DNA of 64,000 nt. Origin: Candidatus Multivorans sp. (GTDB lineage: Bacteria > Acidobacteriota > Thermoanaerobaculia > Multivoradales > Multivoraceae). Below the pieces are notes generated by a model. The model had not been told where the DNA came from. It made no database searches and saw only the letters and a list, made by a program, of their open reading frames with translations. How positions within the stretch are numbered: position 1 is the first letter of the stretch; every line of letters starts with the position of its first letter. The stretch covers positions 3,488,001 through 3,552,000 of the forward strand of contig OZ251997.1 in NCBI GenBank assembly GCA_965247095.1. The letters run 5' to 3'. A program made the translations under genes and the position numbers. This document shows, in pieces, positions 40,028-48,618 of the stretch.

Positions 40028-40362
40028 GAGGCGCATCGACGGCTCTTGGCGGGCCGCCTTCGGGCCGCCGCACGCGGTGTTTGCGACGCCCCCCAAATCG
40101 CTGGAAACAAACGGCTTCCAGAAGCAATATAAGAACCGGGACGGTTTTCCGTCTTAGTCTGTAGAAGCGCTACTTCCACGCAGACCTGCGGGTCACGGAA
40201 CTCCGGTCGACTTCTTCCGGGGTTCGCCGAGAGGCCGCAGCGAGCGGGAGGGCGTTTCGGGGGGTCGGCCTGTTCCGGAGAAAAGGGGCACCTCCAAGGG
40301 CCGGCACCCCGTCTCATCTGTGGAATAATCCGGGTTCCGCTGGCCCCGTGGAGCATAGAGTG

Positions 40363-40520
40363 GTGCATGAGGAACGCAACGGGCTCAGCCGAGTTGCCGC
40401 CTGGGTAGTTTGCCTGCTGGCGGCTGTGCCGGCTTCCGCAACGCTCTATCTGCTGACGCCGGACGAAACCCTGCTCGGGCAGGCCGACCTGGTGGTCTAC
40501 GGCGGCGTCCGGCTCGACGA
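40363..40520 (+). pseudogene. N-terminal stub of a secreted protein
   Basis: Signal-like WVVCLLAAVPASA then TLYLLTPDETLLGQADLVVYG; coding character lost afterwards. Confidence 0.4.
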
Positions 40521-40683
40521 GCAAACGGGAGATCCCGGCCAAGGTCGTCTACGCGGGCACGAACGAGCCCGGCAACGCGGCGCCTGCGATCACGGACACG
40601 GAGGCCTTCGCTTCCGCCTGTCTGGGATAATCACCGAGTGAGGATCCGCGCGAAGACACCAGGGCCTTCCCGGAGGGCTGCAA

Positions 40684-41481
40684 GTGGGTGATGCGTCTCT
40701 CGGCGGCCGGCGTCGCCGGCAGCACCTGTTCCTGCTGCGCGAGCTGGTGGTGCGGAACCTCCGGTCGCGTTACGCGGGTTCGGCACTGGGTCTCGTGTGG
40801 TCGCTGCTCAACCCGTTGTGGCAGCTCCTGCTGTTCACGTTCGTGTTTTCGTTCGTGCTTCGCTTCCCGCTCGATGGAGAGCAGACCGACAGCTTCGCTG
40901 TCTTCCTGTTCTGCGGGCTGTTGCCCTGGTTCGCGATCCACGAGGGGCTGAGCCGTTCCGCGTCGGCGATCACGGACAATCCCGACCTGATCAAGAAGAT
41001 GCGGCTGCCGGGGGAGCTGCTGGTGGCGTCCATGGTGCTCGGCGCCCTGCTCCACGCCGGGGTGGGCGCCCTGGCGTTCATCGTTGTCCTGGCCGTGATG
41101 GGGGAACTCTCCGTCGCCAGCCTTCCTCTGCTGCTGGTCGCTGTGCTCCTGCAGGTGGCGCTGACCTTCGGCCTTGGATTGGGTCTGGCGGGGGCGAACG
41201 TCTACATCCGGGACGTCGCGCAGGCCGCGGGCCTGATTCTGAATACGTGGTTCTACGTCACGCCGATCATCTACTCGGTGAACGTGGCCCGGAATGAGAC
41301 CCTTCGGCAGGTGCTGGAGCTCAACCCACTGACGGGTCTGGTCTACCTCTACCGGGCCGCGTTCCTCGGCGGAGGGCTTCGGGTCAGCCTGGTTCCGCTT
41401 CTTGCCTGCGCCGCCGGCGCTCTCATCCTGGGCGGCGCCCTGTTTGCCCGGTTGAAGGATGGTCTTGCGGATGAGATCTGA
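40684..41481 (+). CDS. wzm: Polysaccharide ABC exporter permease (Wzm/TagG type)
   Basis: RYAGSALGLVWSLLNPL, RDV, WFYVTPIIY, LNPL. Confidence 0.9.
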   Translation: MGDASLGGRRRRQHLFLLRELVVRNLRSRYAGSALGLVWSLLNPLWQLLLFTFVFSFVLRFPLDGEQTDSFAVFLFCGLLPWFAIHEGLSRSASAITDNPDLIKKMRLPGELLVASMVLGALLHAGVGALAFIVVLAVMGELSVASLPLLLVAVLLQVALTFGLGLGLAGANVYIRDVAQAAGLILNTWFYVTPIIYSVNVARNETLRQVLELNPLTGLVYLYRAAFLGGGLRVSLVPLLACAAGALILGGALFARLKDGLADEI

Positions 41482-42544
41482 GGTGACTGGCGCTCTCAGC
41501 GACGCGGCCATTACGGCAGTCGTCGTCCACTACCGGACGCCTCGGCTCCTCGAGGCGGCGGTGGAGGCGCTCCAGGCGGACGCGCGGGCATCCGGTCTGC
41601 GCCTTGAGGTCATCGTGGTGGACAACGGCGCCCGGTCGGGCGGGCCGGCGGAGCACCTCGACCTGGCGCGTGTCAAGACGTGGGTCCTCGAGCCGCCTTC
41701 GAACCTGGGCTACGCGGGCGGGATCAATCTCGGCGCCCGCGCGCCGGCAGGCGATGTCGTGCTGCTGATGAACGCGGATGTCGTCGTGGAACCGGGGTGC
41801 CTGAGGGCGCTCGTCGAGGCGCTCGGCGAGGCCGACATCGCGGGCCCGAGGCTGTTCTGGGATCGCGGCTGCCGGCTGATGCTGCCGCCGCAGCAGGTCC
41901 GAACGCGGATCGCCGAACTGGACGCGGTCTGGGCCGAGCGATCGGCGGCCTGGGGCCGTTGGTACCGCCGCCGGTGGCGGCGTCGCGCCCGCGCTCTCTG
42001 GTCGGCCCGGGAACCTGTGCCCTGCTTCGAGCTGACCGGCGCCTGTCTGGCCACAACAAGGGACTGCTGGCGCCGGTTTGGACCGTTCGACGAGGGCTAC
42101 CGGCTCTACTTCGAGGAGACCGACTGGTTGCTTCGCGCGCGGGCGCTGGGCGCGAGGGCGGTCCTGGTTCCGGCCGCGCGCGCGGTTCACGCCTACGACC
42201 AGAGCGCCCAGCTTGAACCTCGCGCGCAGAGGTGGTTCGAGCAGTCGATGGCGCGCTTCCGCCGGCGCCGCTACGGCGCTTGGTTCGCGGCGCTGCTGCG
42301 GCTCCTCGAACGCTTGCCCCGGCGCTTCGCCGATCCGCCGCCGCTTCCGGACGGGCCAGTGGACGGCGAGGCCTGGCTCGAGGTCACGCCCCTGCCGCTG
42401 GGTGTCCCCGCTGCGGGCTGCCGCCTTGACGGTGGCGGCGTGCCCCACTACGAGTTGCCGCCGGATGTCGTGGAGGGCGCCAGGTCCGAGCTGTGGATGC
42501 GCGTCAGCGACGGCGCCGGCCGGGATCTCGCCGGGCCGAAGTAG
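41471..42544 (+). CDS. Glycosyltransferase family 2
   Basis: VIVVDNG, NLGYAGGIN, MNAD, FDEGYRLYFEETD. Confidence 0.9.
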   Translation: MRSEVTGALSDAAITAVVVHYRTPRLLEAAVEALQADARASGLRLEVIVVDNGARSGGPAEHLDLARVKTWVLEPPSNLGYAGGINLGARAPAGDVVLLMNADVVVEPGCLRALVEALGEADIAGPRLFWDRGCRLMLPPQQVRTRIAELDAVWAERSAAWGRWYRRRWRRRARALWSAREPVPCFELTGACLATTRDCWRRFGPFDEGYRLYFEETDWLLRARALGARAVLVPAARAVHAYDQSAQLEPRAQRWFEQSMARFRRRRYGAWFAALLRLLERLPRRFADPPPLPDGPVDGEAWLEVTPLPLGVPAAGCRLDGGGVPHYELPPDVVEGARSELWMRVSDGAGRDLAGPK

Positions 42545-42554
42545 CATCGCGGGC

Positions 42555-43934
42555 GTGAACGCGAAGCGCGGCGCGCAGACAGCCGCTGCAGCGGTCGCGG
42601 CTTGGCATCGTTGCCTCGAACGCCGCCGTGCGGGGGTGGCGCCGGAGGGCGGTCTCGGCCAGGCCGTCGCGGCGGTGCTGCGCCGGGGCGGTGTGGAGAC
42701 CGTGCAGCCGGAGGGGTTTCGCCTGGTGATCGGCTCGGGGTCGGTCGGCGCCGCGGAGGAACTGCCGGATGAGGTGGCGATCGGGTGGGCGTACGCCGCC
42801 GCCGCCTGCGAGTCGGCGCCGAGCGGCTACGACCGGCTGATCGTCGATCTGCTCGAGGCGGGCTTCCGGCCGGTCGCCGAGCAAGCCGGTGTGCCGGCGC
42901 CCGTCGCGGGCGACGAGGCGGCGCCGCCGTTCCGCGTGGTGCGCGCGCGCCGCGACGGGTACCGTCTCCGCAGCTACCGGCCGGGGGACGAGGAGGCGAT
43001 TCTCGAGTTGTTCCGGGACAGCTTCCGGAGCGACCTTTGCCTGGAGCACTGGGCCTGGAAGTACCTCGACAACCCGCGGGGCGGGCCCCGGATCTCGCTC
43101 GCGTTCTCGCCCGGCGGCGAACTCGTCTGCCAGTACTGCGCGTACCCGGTGCGCTGGCACGGCCTGCCGCCGATGAGCCCCGCCGACAGCCACCAGATCG
43201 GGGACACGATGACGCGCCGCAGCGCCCGCGCCGTCGGCCGCGGGCCGACCAGCTTGCTCGCGCGATCGGCGAGGCACTTCTATCTCGTGAACTGCAAGGG
43301 CCGGATCGCGTTCAACTACGGCTTCAACACCGGCAACATCCTGAAGTTCTCCAACCGCTTCCTGGATGTGCGGCAGGTGGAGGACGTGCCCTACCGGGAG
43401 CTGCCGCCCGAGGCCCGGCTCGGCCGCAGCGCCCGGCACGGCCGCCGCTACGATCTGCGGCGGATCACGGAGCGTTCAGAGGTCGACGCCGGCTTCGATG
43501 CCCTGTTCGAGCGCGTGAGCGACCGCTACGGATTGCTGGTCGAACGCTCCGCCGAGTACCTGCGCTGGCGCTATCTCGACTGCCCGGCCGAGGGCCCCGA
43601 GTTGATCGCTGCCTACCGGCGGGGACGCCTGGCGGCGTGGGTGGCGGCGACGCGGCTGCCCGATCGGGTGGAATGGGGCGACGCCCTGGTCGATCCGGCC
43701 GAGCGGCCGGCCCTGCGCGCGCTGCTCGCCGAGATACGGGCGCCCGGTCTCCCGGTCGTCGGTTGGTTCAGCGACCGGCCCCGCTGGCTGTCGAAGGAGC
43801 TGGACGCTCTCGGCCTGGTCCGGCGTCCCGAGCCGCAGGGGCTGGTGACGGGGCTCGCGCCCTTCGTCCGCGGCGACGCCGTGTCGCTGCTCCGCCGGGG
43901 CTATTACACGAAGGGCGACAGCGATCTGTTCTGA
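42555..43934 (+). CDS. GNAT-family acyltransferase-like protein
   Basis: LRSYRPGDEEAILELF, HWAWKY, QIGDTMT, YLRWRY, terminal GDSDLF; start uncertain. Confidence 0.75.
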   Translation: MNAKRGAQTAAAAVAAWHRCLERRRAGVAPEGGLGQAVAAVLRRGGVETVQPEGFRLVIGSGSVGAAEELPDEVAIGWAYAAAACESAPSGYDRLIVDLLEAGFRPVAEQAGVPAPVAGDEAAPPFRVVRARRDGYRLRSYRPGDEEAILELFRDSFRSDLCLEHWAWKYLDNPRGGPRISLAFSPGGELVCQYCAYPVRWHGLPPMSPADSHQIGDTMTRRSARAVGRGPTSLLARSARHFYLVNCKGRIAFNYGFNTGNILKFSNRFLDVRQVEDVPYRELPPEARLGRSARHGRRYDLRRITERSEVDAGFDALFERVSDRYGLLVERSAEYLRWRYLDCPAEGPELIAAYRRGRLAAWVAATRLPDRVEWGDALVDPAERPALRALLAEIRAPGLPVVGWFSDRPRWLSKELDALGLVRRPEPQGLVTGLAPFVRGDAVSLLRRGYYTKGDSDLF

Positions 43935-44114
43935 CGTGCGCCGGCCGCGAGGGTCCGAGTTCGGCTGGGTGCAGTGCGGCACTGCACTATGACACGCGAT
44001 CTTCATGGGTACGTTAGAATCGGTCCGCTTCGACAGTTCCGGAACCCGTGGCTTGCTGGCTGTTAGAACGAACGGGTCAGTGCGGCCTTCGGCGGGCAGC
44101 TTTGGGAGTAGGTT

Positions 44115-44642
44115 GTGGCCGTCAGGATGAACGATACGCTGCTCGAGTTGATCGAGGGCGACATCACTGAACTGCAAGTCGACGCGATCGTCAATTCGGC
44201 AAACGAGGATCTGCAGCTTGGCGGCGGTGTCGCCGGCGCCGTGCGCGAGAAGGGCGGCGCCTCGATCCAGGACGAGTGCAACCGCATCGGCGGCACGCCG
44301 GTCGGCACGGCGGTGATGACCGGCGCCGGCATGCTGAAGGCGAAGCAGGTGATCCACGCCGTCGGTCCCCGCATGGGCGAGGGCGACGAGGACCGCAAGC
44401 TGGCCGCCGCGGTGCGGGCGTCGCTCGCTCTCGCCGATCGCAACGGCCAGCGCACGATCGCCATCCCGGCGATCTCCACCGGGGTGTTCGGGTACCCGGT
44501 CGACCGCTGCGCCCGCATCCTGCTGACGGAGGTTCATCGCTACCTCCAGGGCGGCACGAAGCTGGAGCGCGTCGTCGTCTGCCTGCACGGCGACGGGAAA
44601 TACCAGACGTTCCGCAACGAACTCCGCCGCGGCTTCCGCTAG
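44115..44642 (+). CDS. Macro domain protein (ADP-ribose binding/hydrolase)
   Basis: GDIT, DAIVNSAN, GGGVAGA, IHAVGP, PAISTGVFG. Confidence 0.93.
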   Translation: MAVRMNDTLLELIEGDITELQVDAIVNSANEDLQLGGGVAGAVREKGGASIQDECNRIGGTPVGTAVMTGAGMLKAKQVIHAVGPRMGEGDEDRKLAAAVRASLALADRNGQRTIAIPAISTGVFGYPVDRCARILLTEVHRYLQGGTKLERVVVCLHGDGKYQTFRNELRRGFR

Positions 44643-45901
44643 GCCCCGAACTTCGCCAGCTTCCCCGCGTTCGCGAGCAACAGCCCCATCAACTCGCTCG
44701 CCGGAATCGTGCCCACGGCGCCGCGGATCGCCTCGACCTCGCTGAAGCGCGCGCAGTCGTCGACGAAGCACTGCTCCGACCACACAAGAAGCGGCACGGG
44801 GTGCCAACTGTGGGCCTTCATCGGCGCCGGGGTCGAGTGGTCGCCGGTGATGGCGAGCACGTCCGGACCCAGGTCGAGCAGGCGCGGCAGCAGGCCGTCC
44901 ACGGTCTCGATGACCTCCGCCTTGGCGGCGAGGTCGCCGTCCTCGCCGGCCATGTCGGTGCCCTTGACGTGGAGGAAGAAGTAGTCGAAGTCAGCCCAGC
45001 GCTCCTCGAGCCGGTCGAGCACCTGCTCGAAGGGCTTGCCGCAACCTATGACCTCCATGCCGCAGACCTTCGCCACGCCGCGGTAGAGCGGATAGCCGGC
45101 CAGGGCGGCCGCGCGCAGACGGTAAAGCTCGCCCACGCCCGGCAGCGCCGGCAGCCTGGAGAAGCCGCGGAGCAGGAACGTGTTCACGCGCTCTTCGGCC
45201 CGTAGCTCCCCTTGAAGCGCCTCGACCGCCGGCGCGATGCGGCGGGCCGTTTCCCGGGCCGCCTCGCCTGCGGCGCCTGGGCCCGCGGCCGCCTCGAGCG
45301 GCAGCGGCGGCACGCCGAGCTGCTGCGGGTCCGTGTCCAACAGCCCCGGATCGAGCGGCGGCGTCCCGTCGAGCGCCCGGAACAGGAGCACGAAGCGATA
45401 CGCCTCGCCCGGGTGGATCTCGACCCGGACGCCGTCGCCGAGCACCCCGCCGGCGGCCTCGATCCGGCGCGCGAGGAGCGCGCAGATCCGCTCGCCCTCC
45501 GCGGTCGGGATGCGCCCGGCGCGCCGGTCCAGGAGCAGGCCGGCGTCGTCGACGGTGGCGAAGTTGCCGCGCGCTGTGACCACCTCGGGCGGGAAGTCCA
45601 GGCCGAGACCGAGCGCCTCCAGCACGCCGCGGCCGATGTCCGCATCCGGCGAGGTCGGCTCGTACCCGAACAGGGCCAGGTGGCCCGGCCCGCTGCCCGG
45701 CGTGATGCCGGTACCGGCCGGCGCCAGGCGGCCCAGCGCCGAGCGCGCCGCCAGCCGGTCGAGGTTGGGGGTGCGGGCCTCGTCCAGGGCCGTCCGCGGT
45801 TGGACGGCCGTGCGCAGGTCTCCGACGCCGTCGAGCACCAGCAGCACGATCCGGCGCTCGTTCCGCTGCGCCAGGCGTGTCAAGAGTTCTTGACGCCTCA
45901 C
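44639..45901 (-). CDS. apgM: Cofactor-independent phosphoglycerate mutase, ApgM type
   Basis: LDGVGD, TPGSGPGHLALFGY, HVKGTD, TGDHSTP, HSWHPVP; start uncertain. Confidence 0.88.
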   Translation of the reverse strand: MRRQELLTRLAQRNERRIVLLVLDGVGDLRTAVQPRTALDEARTPNLDRLAARSALGRLAPAGTGITPGSGPGHLALFGYEPTSPDADIGRGVLEALGLGLDFPPEVVTARGNFATVDDAGLLLDRRAGRIPTAEGERICALLARRIEAAGGVLGDGVRVEIHPGEAYRFVLLFRALDGTPPLDPGLLDTDPQQLGVPPLPLEAAAGPGAAGEAARETARRIAPAVEALQGELRAEERVNTFLLRGFSRLPALPGVGELYRLRAAALAGYPLYRGVAKVCGMEVIGCGKPFEQVLDRLEERWADFDYFFLHVKGTDMAGEDGDLAAKAEVIETVDGLLPRLLDLGPDVLAITGDHSTPAPMKAHSWHPVPLLVWSEQCFVDDCARFSEVEAIRGAVGTIPASELMGLLLANAGKLAKFGA

Positions 45902-46005
45902 GGCTAGCGCGGCAGTATCGTCGCCGCTTCGCGGCGCGTTTCCTCTCGGAAGCCGGCGGGGGCGCCGGCGCAGCCAGTTTCTGCCGCGCACCCTCCCAGG
46001 TCCGT

Positions 46006-46566
46006 TCAGGCTACGAAGTAGGCCGAAGAGCGGATCTGCACCCGCGTCCGCGGCTGAAAGCCGCCGCCGTGAAGCCGGAGCGCCGTATCCCCGGAGAGCA
46101 CCGGCAGGACGATCCAGCCGTCGAAGGTCTCGCCCCGTTGGTACGGGGACACCACCGGTTCCAGCTCGGCGAGCCGCGTCCAGTGACCGTCCTTGACGAA
46201 GTTCGCCCGCAGCTCGAGGTATGCCTTGTCCAGGTCGATGTTCTTGCCTTCCCGCGGGTGCCAGACCGAGACGACGAACCGCATCTCGTCGTAGCGGAGC
46301 GTGTCCACGCGCTCGCCCAACTCGTGCGCCAACGGGTAGACGAAGGCACCCATGCTGTCGGTCGCGAAAATCTCCGGCGTGGCCGTGAAGGCCACGTGGA
46401 GCGGCTGTACGTTCGGGCTCATTCGGGGATCGCCGCCGAAGCGATGCAGGTTATCAGGCTGGCTTTGAAAGGCCCACAGGACGTAGCGACCGGCGTACTT
46501 CCGGCGGTACTCCTCAAAGTGCTCTTCGTAGAAAGCGACCTCTTCTGCGAGCGCCTTCTCGGTCAT
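46006..46566 (-). CDS. Chimeric hypothetical ORF: duplicated N-terminus of 48201-48488 fused to an unrelated C-part
   Basis: First 30 codons nearly identical to 48399-48488; frame stays open to 46006. Confidence 0.55.
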   Translation of the reverse strand: MTEKALAEEVAFYEEHFEEYRRKYAGRYVLWAFQSQPDNLHRFGGDPRMSPNVQPLHVAFTATPEIFATDSMGAFVYPLAHELGERVDTLRYDEMRFVVSVWHPREGKNIDLDKAYLELRANFVKDGHWTRLAELEPVVSPYQRGETFDGWIVLPVLSGDTALRLHGGGFQPRTRVQIRSSAYFVA

Positions 46567-46656
46567 TGGGATCTCCTTTTCGACTAGCGACGATGTCGCC
46601 GTGTTCGTGAACTCGAACGAGAACACCCCCTCCGGCAACGACTCTAACCACAACCC
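46463..46656. repeat. Internally deleted copy of the 47766-48578 unit
   Basis: 46463-46479 equals 47766-47782; 46477-46656 matches 48399-48578 with 4 mismatches in 180 bp; junction shares CAG. Confidence 0.9.
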
Positions 46657-46674
46657 AGCGAAAGGAGATCCCCC

Positions 46675-47197
46675 ATGCAGGTACGACACCTGCCCCCCGA
46701 GGCGACGATCAGCGAGCGCGTCAAGGTGGTGCGGCAGTGGCGCCGGGCCATGTCGGCGGGTCTGACGTCCCGGGAAGCGGCTGACGCTGTGGGCGTGTCC
46801 CGAGCGACGCTGTACCGGTCGATCGCACCTCGAGATGGGCCGCCGCCCTGGCCGCCAGCCACGCCACCGCAGCCTCCGCCAAGCGGTTCCTCGACCACCT
46901 GGTCGAGCAGGCGCCGTTTGCGGTCCAGGCCATCCAGGTCGACGGCGGCAGCGAGTTCATGGCCGACTTCGAGCAGGCCTGCAAGCACCGAGGCATCGAA
47001 CTCTGCGTCCTGCCGCCTCGCTCACCACAGCTCAACGGCCGCGTCGAACGCCTCCAGGCCACCTTCCGGCACGAGTTCTACGCCACCTACCCTGTGCCCC
47101 ACCTGATTCAGCCGCTCAACCGATGCCTCCAGGACTTCGCTCACCACTACAACCACCAAAGACCACACCAGGCGCTCGGCGGCAGAACACCGTGGCA
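46675..47197 (+). mobile_element. IS481-family transposase remnant, internally deleted
   Basis: HTH AADAVGVSRATLYR, frame break, then IQVDGGSEF, LNGRVER, YNHQRPHQALGGRTP. Confidence 0.85.
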
Positions 47198-47202
47198 GAG
47201 GA

Positions 47203-47724
47203 CTGAGGGATCAGTACGAGAAAGCGCTTTTCTCGGCTGGTCTGGGGCGCCGCTATCACGACAAGCTAGAGCGTCACTACTCCGGCATGGGGTGGTGGAA
47301 CAGAGCCTTGTCCGTAGGAGCGGGCGGCGTGGCGGCTTTCGCCACGCACGATCGTTTCGACGACGAGGTCGGACTGGCGTTCCAGTTCGGCTCGGCGCTG
47401 ATCGTCGCTTTCCTGACGGCATGGCGGCGGGCTGCCGTGACGACCGAGCGCGTCTCGCTTCACAACCGCCTCAAGCGCCAGTTCGCCGAACTCGAACTGT
47501 TCCTCGACACCCATGATCCGTCGCTCGAGAGCCTCCGAGAAGCGAAGAAGAAGCGGGCCGAGATCGAGGACCAAGATCCCGAGACGCTTCGTCGCGTCCT
47601 GGCACGCATCTGTCACAACGAGCAACTGATGTCCTGGGGTGCGCCGAAGAATGAGTTCAGGCACGTTGGCTGGTTCCAGGCTCGCGCCGCCACGATGTTC
47701 AACACCCGCCTTCGGCCGAACTGA
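47203..47724 (+). CDS. Two-TM SLATT-like membrane protein, 5' end clipped by the IS remnant
   Basis: Frame reads LRDQYEKALFSAGLGRRYHDKLERHY upstream of ATG 47287; two hydrophobic segments then a helical tail. Confidence 0.55.
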   Translation: MRDQYEKALFSAGLGRRYHDKLERHYSGMGWWNRALSVGAGGVAAFATHDRFDDEVGLAFQFGSALIVAFLTAWRRAAVTTERVSLHNRLKRQFAELELFLDTHDPSLESLREAKKKRAEIEDQDPETLRRVLARICHNEQLMSWGAPKNEFRHVGWFQARAATMFNTRLRPN

Positions 47725-47791
47725 CGCCCCGCCCGCCCTCGTCGTCTACTTTGGTATGTAAGCCCCTTTGAAAGGCCCACAGTTGGCACAG

Positions 47792-48220
47792 CTAGTCGCC
47801 GTTCCGGGACTGGGTCGCCCAGCCCTCCTTGCCGTTGTAGACCAGGATTCCGTGGCGCAGGATGTCGCGACCGATGACCGCGACGTAGTCCAGGTTGGAG
47901 AGGTGAAAGCCGCGCCCGCGAAGGACCGTGAAGGTGCCGAAGCCGGTGATATCGACCTCTCCGAGCAGCAAAGGAACTTGGCCATCGTGTTGCCCTAGAA
48001 CGGTACTCAGTCGCCCGGTGCCGCTCTCGACCAACCCGGCCTGCCTGGCAGCCTTCAGGTCGAACGCCGTGACATCCGAGCCAGTATCGATGAGGGCTTC
48101 TCCCGTCACCGTTCCAGTGTGGACTCCAAGAGCCCGCCGCTCCCGCCTCAGATCCGGGGGAAGTCGAATCTCGACCTGGACGATGGCGCCGAAGTTCTCC
48201 CTAAGTTGGATTCTCGGCAT
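47792..48220 (-). CDS. Clan AA (retropepsin-like) aspartic protease
   Basis: ALIDTGS and VIGRDIL. Confidence 0.88.
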   Translation of the reverse strand: MPRIQLRENFGAIVQVEIRLPPDLRRERRALGVHTGTVTGEALIDTGSDVTAFDLKAARQAGLVESGTGRLSTVLGQHDGQVPLLLGEVDITGFGTFTVLRGRGFHLSNLDYVAVIGRDILRHGILVYNGKEGWATQSRNGD

Positions 48221-48488
48221 CGGAGGGTGTGAGGGTCTTCGTCACGATGGGCATCGCCACAATGGGAACGGCCGGTTCGCCGGCCTTGAGGACCAGGTAG
48301 CCGTGATCTTCCGTCCCCGTCTGCCACACTTGCCGGTAGCCGTCGTAGTTGGCCGCCAACTCATCCTCATACACGCCGATCAACTTGGGGCCGTGGATCA
48401 GGACGTAGCGACCGGGGTACTTCCGGCGGTACTCCTCAAAGTGCTCTTCGTAGAAAGCGACCTCTTCTGCGAGTGCCTTCTCGGTCAT
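48201..48488 (-). CDS. Small DUF5678-like protein
   Basis: FYEEHFEEYRRKYPGRYVLIHG..GVYED; AAGGAG RBS; overlaps protease start. Confidence 0.7.
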   Translation of the reverse strand: MTEKALAEEVAFYEEHFEEYRRKYPGRYVLIHGPKLIGVYEDELAANYDGYRQVWQTGTEDHGYLVLKAGEPAVPIVAMPIVTKTLTPSDAENPT

Positions 48489-48580
48489 TGGGATCTCCTT
48501 TTCGACTAGCGACGATGTCGCCGTGTTCGTGGACTCGAACGAGAACACCCCCTCCGGCAACGACTCTAACCACAGCCCTG

Positions 48581-48609
48581 TTGACAGGTGATAAGTGCCG
48601 CTTTACAGT
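48581..48609 (+). promoter_or_regulatory. Sigma70-type promoter, near-leaderless transcript
   Basis: TTGACA-N17-TACAGT ending 9 nt before ATG 48619; no SD. Confidence 0.75.
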
Positions 48610-48618
48610 CGCTGGGCG

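Noticed and set aside
43935-44114. Possible ncRNA (hairpin GTGCAGTG-CGG-CACTGCAC, repeated GTTAGAA)
   Set aside because: A single short stem; insufficient support for an RNA gene
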